Shown one piece after another: positions 20,494-29,157 of a stretch of DNA of 64,000 bases. The position numbers and the translations under genes are program-made. Each line of letters opens with the position of its first letter. Within the stretch, counting starts at the first letter, position 1. Below the pieces are notes generated by a model that worked only from the letters and a program-made list of their open reading frames with translations, did no database searches and was not told the DNA's origin. The stretch comes from Myxococcales bacterium (lineage in GTDB: Bacteria > Myxococcota_A > UBA9042 > JABWCM01 > BTVJ01). The stretch is from NCBI GenBank assembly GCA_045863395.1, contig BTVJ01000009.1:102155-166154 (forward strand), read 5' to 3'.

Positions 20494-21945
20494 GTGGGCA
20501 AGACGGGTGGATTCCTGAAGATCGGGCGCCAGGACTCGCCGAAGCGCCCCGTTGGGGAGCGGGTGAGGGACTTCCGCGAGGTGGAGCTCACGGCGCCCGA
20601 GCAGACACTCCGGGACCAGGGCGCCCGCTGCATGGGCTGCGGAGTCCCGTTCTGCCATGGCGGCTGCCCCCTCGGCAACGTGATCCCCGACTGGAATGAC
20701 CTGGTGTACCGGGGGCGGTGGCGCGAAGCGGCCGAGAGGCTCCACGCCACGAACAACTTCCCCGAGATCACGGGGAGAATCTGCCCTGCGCCCTGTGAAG
20801 AAGCCTGTGTATTGAATATCAACGACGACCCTGTGACCATTCGAGGGATCGAGCGAGCCGTCGCCGAACGGGCATTTGGTGATGGACTCGCGCCGGTGGT
20901 GGCCAAGAGGTCGACCGGCAAGCGGGTGGCGGTGGTGGGGTCTGGCCCCGCGGGAATGGCCGCCGCGCAGCAGCTCGCGCGGGCGGGCCACGTGGTCGTG
21001 CTCTTCGAGCGCAGCGACCGCATCGGGGGGCTCCTGCGTTACGGGATCCCGGACTTCAAGCTGGACAAGGGAGTCCTCGACCGGCGGCTCGACCAGATGC
21101 AGGCAGAGGGGGTGGAGCTGCGGGCGGGAGTCGACGTGGGGGTGGACGTCACGGCGGAGTCTCTGCGGCGCGACTTCGACGCGGTGGTGCTCAGCGGGGG
21201 AGCGACGAAGGCACGCGAGCTTCCGCTGCCGGGCCGGTCGTTGGACGGGGTCCACCTGGCCATGGACTTCCTCGTGGAGCAGAACCGGGTCGTGGCGGGC
21301 CTGTCGAGCGGCGGGATCAGCGCCGCGGGCAAGCGCGTGGTCGTGCTGGGGGGCGGCGACACGGGGGCAGACTGCGTGGGGACGGCTGCGCGACAAGGGG
21401 CAGCCTCGATTCAGCAGATCGAGCTGCTGCCGCGCCCACCGGAGGAGCGCACCGGAGACATGCCCTGGCCCTGGTGGCCCATGACGCTGCGGACCAGCAC
21501 GAGCCACGACGAGGGGGCGCAGCGGGAGTGGTCCATCCTGACGAAGGGATTTGCCGGGGAGAGCCGCGTCGTCGGGCTGGACGTGGTGCGGCTGGCCTGG
21601 GAGGTGGGGCCCGAGGGGCGGCGAATGCGCGAGGTGGAGGGCAGCGAGCACCGCATCGACGCTGACCTCGTGCTGCTGGCGCTGGGGTTCGTCGGACCGG
21701 AGAGGGGGCCGCTCCTCGAGAGGCTCGGGGTGGAGCTCGATGGCCGCGGTGCCGTGCGGGCTGATCGGCGCTACCGGACCAGCGCCGAGCGGGTGTACGC
21801 CTGCGGCGACATGCGCCGAGGCCAGTCCCTGGTCGTCTGGGCCATCTGGGAGGGCCGGGAGGCGGCCCGCTGCGTGGACGAGGATCTGATGGGGCGGACG
21901 TCTCTGCCGACGAGCCCGGGTCCGCTGGGGCCCGCGCCTGTCTGA
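20494..21945 (+). CDS. gltD: Glutamate synthase small subunit
   Basis: [50 protein letters not shown] motifs. Confidence 0.97.
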   Translation: MGKTGGFLKIGRQDSPKRPVGERVRDFREVELTAPEQTLRDQGARCMGCGVPFCHGGCPLGNVIPDWNDLVYRGRWREAAERLHATNNFPEITGRICPAPCEEACVLNINDDPVTIRGIERAVAERAFGDGLAPVVAKRSTGKRVAVVGSGPAGMAAAQQLARAGHVVVLFERSDRIGGLLRYGIPDFKLDKGVLDRRLDQMQAEGVELRAGVDVGVDVTAESLRRDFDAVVLSGGATKARELPLPGRSLDGVHLAMDFLVEQNRVVAGLSSGGISAAGKRVVVLGGGDTGADCVGTAARQGAASIQQIELLPRPPEERTGDMPWPWWPMTLRTSTSHDEGAQREWSILTKGFAGESRVVGLDVVRLAWEVGPEGRRMREVEGSEHRIDADLVLLALGFVGPERGPLLERLGVELDGRGAVRADRRYRTSAERVYACGDMRRGQSLVVWAIWEGREAARCVDEDLMGRTSLPTSPGPLGPAPV

Positions 21946-21967
21946 GCGGACGGCGGAGGGACGAGCC

Positions 21968-22666
21968 ATGGATTGGAGCCACATCGAGGCGCTGACCTTC
22001 GACTGCTACGGGACGCTCATCGACTGGGAGACTGGCATCCTGGAGGCGGTCCGACCCGTCATTGCGCGGTACGGCACCGTGCCCGACGACGACGCGCTCA
22101 TCGCCCTCTACGCCGACTGCGAGTCCGCGGCAGAGCGCCCCCCGTACAAGCCCTACCGAACGGTCCTGCGCTGGACCATGGAGCGCATGGCCCACGGGCT
22201 GGGCTTCGAGCTCGAGGAAGAGGACCGCGACGCGCTCGTGGAGTCCCTCGGGCGGTGGCCGGCCTGGCCGGACACGGCGGAGGCGTTGCGGGCCCTTGGC
22301 GGGAGGTGGCGCCTGGCCGTCCTGTCCAACGTGGACCGCGACCTCTTCGAGCTGACGCGGCCGCTTCTCGGGGTGGGTCTCGACGCCGTGGTCACCGCGG
22401 AGGACGTGGGTGGGTACAAGCCTGGCCGGGGGCACTTCGACAGGGGCCTCGAAGTGCTCGCCCTGCCGCCGGACCGGGTGCTCCACGTGGCACAGAGCGT
22501 GTGGCATGACGTAGCGCCGGCGTCAGCGCTGGGCTTCCGCACCGTGCACGTGGTCCGGCGCCGCAGCGGCCGCGGCTTCGGGGCATCCCTGCCGGCGAGC
22601 GCCGCGGCGGACGTGGTGGTGCCGGACCTGGCGACGCTGGCGCGGCTCGCCGGGTGTGCTGGCTGA
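21968..22666 (+). CDS. HAD-family hydrolase (haloacid dehalogenase type II-like)
   Basis: [28 protein letters not shown] motifs. Confidence 0.88.
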   Translation: MDWSHIEALTFDCYGTLIDWETGILEAVRPVIARYGTVPDDDALIALYADCESAAERPPYKPYRTVLRWTMERMAHGLGFELEEEDRDALVESLGRWPAWPDTAEALRALGGRWRLAVLSNVDRDLFELTRPLLGVGLDAVVTAEDVGGYKPGRGHFDRGLEVLALPPDRVLHVAQSVWHDVAPASALGFRTVHVVRRRSGRGFGASLPASAAADVVVPDLATLARLAGCAG

Positions 22667-22716
22667 GTCAGAGACGAGGGGGCGCGAGCAGTCGGAGGCC
22701 CGCGCCCCGACTCACG

Positions 22717-25503
22717 CTACCATGTGCACTGCGGGAACTCGCAGACCTGGCAGACCGTGTCGCAGCAGTCGCCGTACGTGAAGCAAACCTCGTCACAGTA
22801 GCAGTTGGCGAACGGGTCATACCCACCGCACCTCCCCTCGCACGCGGTCCCCGACCAGCAGATGGGCTCATGGACGCAGTCTCCCCACGCCGCCTCTTCG
22901 CAGTAGTCCGCCGTGCACGGGTCTCCGTCGTCGCAGTCCGTGTAGACTCCGCCGGTGCACTCGACGCCCGCCGGCGACGCAGGAGACGCCTCGCAAATCT
23001 CCCCGTTGGTGCAGGCGTTGGAGTCGTCACACGGCGCCCCCACGGGCGAGACCACCCAGTCGCACCCGGTGACGGGGTCGCACAGGTCCTCGGTGCAGGG
23101 GTTGCCGTCGTAGCAGCCTCCGGGGAGGCTGACGCAGCCTCCTGCGTAGGCGTCGCACCAGTCCACGGTACACGGGTTCCCGTCATCACAGTCTGCGGGA
23201 GACCCGCCCGCACAGACGGCCCACCACTCGTACCAGGGCAGCGGGGTACACGCGTCGCCCGTCGTGCACGGGTCGCCGTCGTCGCAGGGCGTGCCAGTGG
23301 GCATCGGCGCGTACTGGCACCCGGCCTGCGGGCTGCAGATGTCGAGTGTACAGGGGTTGCCGTCGTCGCACACCGTCGGGACGTGGACGCAGGCACCCGT
23401 CGTCGAGTCGCACCAGTCCCACGTGCAGGAGTCTCCGTCGTCGCAGTCCTCCAGGTAGGCGCAGCCCGCCGTTGCAAAGCACACGTCCCTGGTGCACGGG
23501 ATCCCGTCGTCGCAGCGCACGGGGTTGCCACCCATGCACTCTCCCTTGGCGTTGCAGTGGCGGTTCTCCAGGCACAGGTTGCCGTCGCCGCAGGGTGTGC
23601 CGCCTGGCGCCAGGTCGCTCTGGCAGCCGAGCGCGGCGTCGCATCGGTCGGTCGTGCAGTCGTTTCCGTCGTTGCAGGCGGAGTGGATGGGGTCGTGGCG
23701 GCACTCCCCGTCGTCTCCGCAGGAGTCCGCCGTGCACGGGATCCCGTCGTCGCACGCCATGTAGTTCAGGTAGATGCAGTCTCCATCGACGGTGCAGATG
23801 CCTGTCTCCTGGCAGAACCACCACCAGTCACTTGCCCATGGGAGGCACACGTCGGTGGTGCAGGCATTGCCATCGTCACAGGAGACAGGGGCGGCCCCCA
23901 GACACTTGCCGGAAGGGTCACAGACACCCGTGGTCATGCAGGCCCCCCCCCCGCACGGAGCACCCTCGGGGAGGGCAGTGAAGACACAGCCTTGGGCCGG
24001 GTCGCAGGCGTCCGCCGTGCAGGCGTTGCCGTCGTCGCAGTTGACCGGGAAGTGCTGACACCACGAGGTCGGGTCACACGGGGGGCAGTCTGGCAGGTCC
24101 GGCGGACACGGAAGGCACGCAGGCGAGCAGGCGTCGATGGTGCAGGCGTCTCCGTCGTCGCAGTCGAGGGGCGTGCCGCCCGTACAGAAGGCATCTGCGT
24201 TGCACTGCTCGCCGGAGGTGCAGGCGTCCCAGTCATCGCAGGGCGCCCCCTCGGGGCTTGGGACGAAGCTGCACCATCCCGCCTCGGGATCGCAGGAGTC
24301 CACAGTGCACGGGTTGCCGTCATCGCACCCAGCGGGCCAGACCAGGCACTCGCCAGTCCACCAGTCGCACTTCTCCGCGGTGCAGGCGTTCCCGTCGTCG
24401 CACGCGTCCTGGTAGGTGCATCCCCAAGTCGGGTCACACAGGTCCACGGTGCAGGCCGACCCGTCGTCACAAGAGATCGGGGCGCCCTGACACTGCCCGG
24501 CCTCGTCGCAGACGGCGTCTCCTGCCATGCAGGGACCCCAGCAGGGCTCGCCGGGGAGGGCTTGGTGGGCGCAGCCGGCGCTCGGGTCGCAGGTGTCCCG
24601 GGTACAGGGGTTCCCGTCGTCGCAGCGCCAGTCCGCGGGGTAGGAGGTGCACCCACCCGCTTCGTCACAGGTCTCCTCTGTACAGTCCACTCCATCGTCC
24701 GGGCACCCGGCGCCCCACCAGGTCTCGCAGCCCCCCCAAGAATTGCAGAAGTTGGCCGTACAGGCGAGCCCGTCGTCGCAGTCGAGCTCTGCTCCTCCGG
24801 TGCACCAGCCGGCCTCGTCGCACGTCTCGCCGGTCGTGCAGAGGTTGCCGTCGTCGCAGGAGGCTCCAGCCGGGGCCGGGGTGCTCGAACACCAGCCCTG
24901 GTCGGGATCGCAGCCGTCGATGGTGCAGGGGTTGCCGTCGTCACACCACCACGGCCCGTTGTCGAAGTGCTGGCAGCCGTCGGACGGGTCGCACCAGTCC
25001 CACGTGCAGGCGTTTCCGTCGTCGCAGAAGTCCCAGGAGCTGCCCTCACACATGGCGCCGAAGGTCAGCCCCCGGCACGCATCGTCGAGAGTGCACGGGT
25101 TGCCGTCGTCGCAGGGCTTGTTGGGGATCAGCATGTGGACGCAGCCCGTCTCCTGGTTGCAGCTATCTGCGGTGCACGGGTCGCCGTCGTCGCACTTCTT
25201 CGTGCCGCCACCGGCACAGGCCCCGCCCTTGGTACACCGGTCATCGGCCGTGCAGGCGTTGCCGTCGTCGCAGGGTGCTCCGACGGCGGTCGTAAACTTG
25301 CACGCGCCGTTGACGCAGGTGTCCACGGTGCAAGCGTTCCCATCGTTACAGCTCGCGTCGCTGGCGCAGGCCTGCTTCTTCTGGGCTCCCTGCGCCACTC
25401 CCACCTGCTCCACCGACCCACCGCCGGGGTCGGACACGTCTTGGTCTGATCCACACCCGGACCACACCAGGACGATCGCGCTGAACCACCGAATCGAACC
25501 CAT
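22717..25503 (-). CDS. Cys-rich repeat lipoprotein (about 28 CDDGNxCTxDxC repeats) with a C-terminal somatomedin-B-like domain
   Basis: Start MGSIRWFSAIVLVWSGC with AGGAGG RBS; C-terminus CEGRCGG..CYCDEVCFTYGDCC. Confidence 0.8.
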   Translation of the reverse strand: MGSIRWFSAIVLVWSGCGSDQDVSDPGGGSVEQVGVAQGAQKKQACASDASCNDGNACTVDTCVNGACKFTTAVGAPCDDGNACTADDRCTKGGACAGGGTKKCDDGDPCTADSCNQETGCVHMLIPNKPCDDGNPCTLDDACRGLTFGAMCEGSSWDFCDDGNACTWDWCDPSDGCQHFDNGPWWCDDGNPCTIDGCDPDQGWCSSTPAPAGASCDDGNLCTTGETCDEAGWCTGGAELDCDDGLACTANFCNSWGGCETWWGAGCPDDGVDCTEETCDEAGGCTSYPADWRCDDGNPCTRDTCDPSAGCAHQALPGEPCWGPCMAGDAVCDEAGQCQGAPISCDDGSACTVDLCDPTWGCTYQDACDDGNACTAEKCDWWTGECLVWPAGCDDGNPCTVDSCDPEAGWCSFVPSPEGAPCDDWDACTSGEQCNADAFCTGGTPLDCDDGDACTIDACSPACLPCPPDLPDCPPCDPTSWCQHFPVNCDDGNACTADACDPAQGCVFTALPEGAPCGGGACMTTGVCDPSGKCLGAAPVSCDDGNACTTDVCLPWASDWWWFCQETGICTVDGDCIYLNYMACDDGIPCTADSCGDDGECRHDPIHSACNDGNDCTTDRCDAALGCQSDLAPGGTPCGDGNLCLENRHCNAKGECMGGNPVRCDDGIPCTRDVCFATAGCAYLEDCDDGDSCTWDWCDSTTGACVHVPTVCDDGNPCTLDICSPQAGCQYAPMPTGTPCDDGDPCTTGDACTPLPWYEWWAVCAGGSPADCDDGNPCTVDWCDAYAGGCVSLPGGCYDGNPCTEDLCDPVTGCDWVVSPVGAPCDDSNACTNGEICEASPASPAGVECTGGVYTDCDDGDPCTADYCEEAAWGDCVHEPICWSGTACEGRCGGYDPFANCYCDEVCFTYGDCCDTVCQVCEFPQCTW

Positions 25504-25859
25504 GGCAATCTCCTCCTTTGCTCCATCACCTGCGGTTCGCGACGACTGGCCCCGCACCTGTGACTGCAGGAGGGGGCGGATTTTGAAATCTGACGTTTAC
25601 GGTAGACAGCTACGAATAGAGTCAATAGGCGTAAATGCGCCAGGACTACATGGAACGTCACGCCCATGCTGACGAAACTCCACGTCTACCCGACAACGGG
25701 GGCAAACGCCTCGACGGTGGGCGGTCGCGGCGCAGGCAGCGGCGGGGAGGCTGCCCCCAAGCGGTGGCTCGTTGTGCCGGGCGACCGGATGGGCTACGGT
25801 ACGCCCACGCGCCGAGCGGCTCCCCGCTGCCCCTGGACGAACGGCGCGCGGAGGACCAC

Positions 25860-27584
25860 ATGGCACACGAGCATGAGCGCGCGCGCGGGGATCTCCTCGC
25901 CTGGCAGACAGCGCAGCCCTCGAACTTCTATATCGCGACACCTCAACTCCGGCGCCTGCTCCACCGGCTCATGGGAGCCGAGAGGCTCGGGGCAGCAGAG
26001 GAGCACCTCGCGCGCTTCGGTGCGGTGGTGGCCGGTCCGCTGGACGAGGCCGCGACGGTCAACAACCGGCCGTGGAACCTGCCACGCTTCGAGGGGTGGT
26101 CCCCGCTCGGTGAGCGGACCGACGCCATCGAGCACCACCCCAGCAACGACGCCTGTGGTCGCCACATCTACCATGACGGGAGGGTGATCGCCGTCTACGC
26201 GAACCCGCCAGCCAACCTGCACGCCCAGGCGCTCTTCTACCTGTCCAGCCACGCGGGCGAGGCGGGGCACAACTGCCCGGTCGCCTGCACCGCGGGCCTG
26301 GTCAAGTCGCTGCAGGCGGTCGCGTCGCCCGAACTGCGGGAGCGGTGGCTGCCCGGGGTCCTGAGCGACGCCTGGCCAGGGCGCCTCGACGGCGCCCAGT
26401 TCCTGACGGAGCTCCAGGGCGGGTCCGACGTGGGCGCCAACGCGGTCGTCGCGGTGGCGGATGGAGAGGAGTATGGCACGACCCGCTGGCGCCTCAGCGG
26501 CGAGAAGTGGTTCTGCTCCAACGCGGACGCAGACCTCTTCGTCATCACGGCCCGCGTAGACGGGGGCAGGCTTGGCACCGCGGGCCTGGGGCTCTTCCTC
26601 GTCCCCCGCCTGCTGAACGGCCGACCCAACGGCCACCGCCTCCGGCGCCTGAAGGACAAGCTCGGCACTCGCTCCATGCCGTCCGGGGAGATCGACTTCG
26701 ACGGAGCCGTGGGCTGGGCCCTCGGGGACGTCTGCGACGGCTTCAAGAACGTCATGACGCACGTCATCAACACGTCGCGCCTCTACAACACCGTCGGCTG
26801 CGCTGGCATCGCGCGGCGGGCTCACCTGGTCGCAGCGGGCTACGCGGCGGCACGGCGGGCTTTCGGCAGCCCCATCGCGGCCTACCCCATGGTCCAGGAG
26901 ATGCTCGCCTCGACGTTCGCCACGAGCGCGGCGGTGCTGGCCGGGTCGCTGGAGCTCGCCGCCCTGACGGACCGCGCCGAGTCCGGGGCCTTGAATCCCT
27001 CGGAGTCGGCGTTCCTTCGGGTGGCCACGAACCTCGCGAAGATGCGCTCGTGCCAGCACTCCCACCGCGTGGTGCTGACGGCCATCGAGGTGCTGGGCGG
27101 AAACGGCGCCATCGAGAGCTTCAGCATCCTGCCGCGTCTGCTGCGCGACAACGTGGTCTACGAGAACTGGGAGGGCACGCACAACACCCTGGTCGCCCAG
27201 ACCGTGCGCGACTTCCAGCGACACCGCATGCACGAGGGGCTGCTCGCGGGACTGAGGGAGCGGCTCTCGACGGATGGGCGGCTCGCCGGCGCGCTACAGC
27301 CTGCCGTGGAGTCCGTGGACCGGGCGGAGGACGCGATCCGTGAGGTCTTGGGGGTAGGAGACCACGGCGTCGCGGGGCTCATGCTGAAGCCGCACGCGGA
27401 GGCGCTGGCGGACGCGTTCTTCGCCGCTGCCTGGGCCGCAGACATCGCGTCCGAGACGTCTGAGAGCCGTCGAGACGCGGAGACCGAGGCCCTGCGCTTC
27501 TACTGCGAGCACACGCTCTCGCCAGTCAGGCCTCCTCGCACGGCGGCCTACGCAGCGGCAGTTGGGCGAGTCGCGACGCTCTGA
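25860..27584 (+). CDS. Acyl-CoA dehydrogenase family protein (AidB-like)
   Basis: GHNCPVACT, FLTELQGGSDVG, GEKWFCS, LKDKLGTRSMPSGEI, NWEGTHN; start MAHEH with GGAGG RBS. Confidence 0.85.
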   Translation: MAHEHERARGDLLAWQTAQPSNFYIATPQLRRLLHRLMGAERLGAAEEHLARFGAVVAGPLDEAATVNNRPWNLPRFEGWSPLGERTDAIEHHPSNDACGRHIYHDGRVIAVYANPPANLHAQALFYLSSHAGEAGHNCPVACTAGLVKSLQAVASPELRERWLPGVLSDAWPGRLDGAQFLTELQGGSDVGANAVVAVADGEEYGTTRWRLSGEKWFCSNADADLFVITARVDGGRLGTAGLGLFLVPRLLNGRPNGHRLRRLKDKLGTRSMPSGEIDFDGAVGWALGDVCDGFKNVMTHVINTSRLYNTVGCAGIARRAHLVAAGYAAARRAFGSPIAAYPMVQEMLASTFATSAAVLAGSLELAALTDRAESGALNPSESAFLRVATNLAKMRSCQHSHRVVLTAIEVLGGNGAIESFSILPRLLRDNVVYENWEGTHNTLVAQTVRDFQRHRMHEGLLAGLRERLSTDGRLAGALQPAVESVDRAEDAIREVLGVGDHGVAGLMLKPHAEALADAFFAAAWAADIASETSESRRDAETEALRFYCEHTLSPVRPPRTAAYAAAVGRVATL

Positions 27585-27646
27585 CAGCAGCTGCGGGACA
27601 GCCAGACACCTCCAACCCGTCAGACGCCACGCCAACGGAGGCAACC

Positions 27647-28156
27647 GTGACACATCCACTGGAAGACGTAATTCAGAGGGCCGAGGGCTTCGTGCTGATC
27701 GGAGACTCCTCGGAGGGGCGATTCCCGGCGTTCTCGTACCACGTCTACACGCAGGCGGCGAAGCGCTTCTACTGCCTCGACCTCGGGGGACTTCCCGCGT
27801 CTCGCGGCAAGACGAAGGGCGGCAAGGTGTACGGTGCCGTAGAGGACCTTCCCGCCGATCATGGAGACCTGGCCATCATCTGGATGAAGCCCCGCACGGC
27901 CGTCCGCGGCGTCGAGTCGGCGCACGCGGCGGGCTGCACCCGGGTCTGGTTCAGCTTCCAGACCGGACACCCTGCCGCGGTCGCCCGGGCTCGCGAGCTC
28001 GGCATGACGGTCGTGGAGATCGGCCGCTGTCCCGTCTACTACATGGACCAGCGACCCACCGAGTGCGCAGTGCACACGGCGCTCGTAAAGCTGACCGGCG
28101 CCTGGAGTCGACCTCCGCAGACCGACGCCACCGCGAAGCGACGCGAGCTGCTCTGA
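27647..28156 (+). CDS. CoA-binding domain protein (YccU-like)
   Basis: VYGAVEDLP..DLAII..RVWF..ARELGMTVV..RCP pattern; GGAGG RBS. Confidence 0.6.
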   Translation: MTHPLEDVIQRAEGFVLIGDSSEGRFPAFSYHVYTQAAKRFYCLDLGGLPASRGKTKGGKVYGAVEDLPADHGDLAIIWMKPRTAVRGVESAHAAGCTRVWFSFQTGHPAAVARARELGMTVVEIGRCPVYYMDQRPTECAVHTALVKLTGAWSRPPQTDATAKRRELL

Positions 28157-28465
28157 CCGACCCACACACAAGACAAGTTGAGAGAACTGAGTACTTACAA
28201 CTGCGTGGCTCTTGACCGACGTGAACCTGCCGCGGCGGGTGTGGCGCAGGCTCCGAGGCAGCCGGCGGAGTACCCCGGGACTCGGTGGGCGGCGGCGGAG
28301 CTCGTGCCGGAGGGTGCGCTCGGTCCGGGGACCACTGGATGGGTCGGTGCGGTCAATCGTCAGGAGCTGCAGGGGTGAGCCTCCAGGCCGGACCCCGTCG
28401 TTGTGGGAGCCGGCGCCCTCGAGCGTCGCGCGCTGGATGTGGGGTCGCCTCGTGGGGCGGAAGTC

Positions 28466-28897
28466 TCACGCGGCTCGGTCGAGGGTGCGGCGGAGCGCGG
28501 CGGTGATCAGCGCCTCGGCGCTCGCGCCCGCACCCACGTGGGTGCGAGCGGCGGCCAGCGCCTGGCGCGACTCGGTCTCGCTGAAGCCGAGGCCCCGCAG
28601 GGCGGCGAAGGCGTCGGAGCTGGCGTCCACGTCGGCGGGTCTCGGGGCCTCTCCGTAGGGGGTGCCGTCCGCGTGGGAGAAGCGGAGGGTGGCGTCGGCG
28701 CTGCCCTCGATGACGAGGAAGCCGCGGTGGAGGGCGTCGTGGTGGGCGGCACAGAAGACCGTGAGGCTGCCGTGGGCGTGGTTGCCGCCGTCGCTGCGCG
28801 GCCGGAGGTGGTGCACCTCCAGCCAGACGTGGTTCCTGCACCCCGTTATGTGGCGCGCCACATAACAGGGTGCCCGATGGCTTGTCTGCCGCGTCAT
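28466..28897 (-). pseudogene. Truncated HNH endonuclease with RuvA C-terminal-like domain
   Basis: GCRNHVWLEVHHLRPRSDGG..SLTVFCAAHHDALH and AFAALRGLGFSETESRQAL; N-terminal part missing and the HNH Asn replaced by Ser. Confidence 0.65.
28838..28873. repeat. 36-bp palindrome (perfect 22-bp core)
   Basis: GCACCCC-GTTATGTGGCGCGCCACATAAC-AGGGTGC. Confidence 0.85.
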
Positions 28898-29157
28898 GAT
28901 CACCTGCACACCCGCTCCCGCCGACCTCCGTGCTTTCGCCCAGTGCGCCCGTCGTGTCAAGGGCTCGGGAGGGCCCCAGGGCTCGATCATGGGTAGCGGT
29001 CCCGCGAGGCCCGGGCTCCCTCTGACCGTCAGGGGTTGGGTGGCGCGACTGGCTTGTACCGACACGGATCGAGACACCGCTCCGACCACGACGTGGCGCC
29101 CCTCGTCTCTGCCCAATCCGGGCATCCCTGCCGCGATCTCCCTGGTTGAGACGAACA

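Noticed and set aside
25697..25760. c-di-GMP-I riboswitch (GGGCAAAC)
   Set aside because: It lacks the GAAA-tetraloop P2 and the GACGCAAAG segment; Rfam cmscan would be needed to exclude it fully.
28176..28202. AT-rich imperfect dyad AGTTG..CAACT as a dif/att site
   Set aside because: Only 9 of 12 positions pair and it does not match XerC/XerD arms.
28845..28866. Integron attC site (GTTATGT / ACATAAC cores)
   Set aside because: The cores are in the wrong order, there are no L boxes, and no integrase or cassette array is present.
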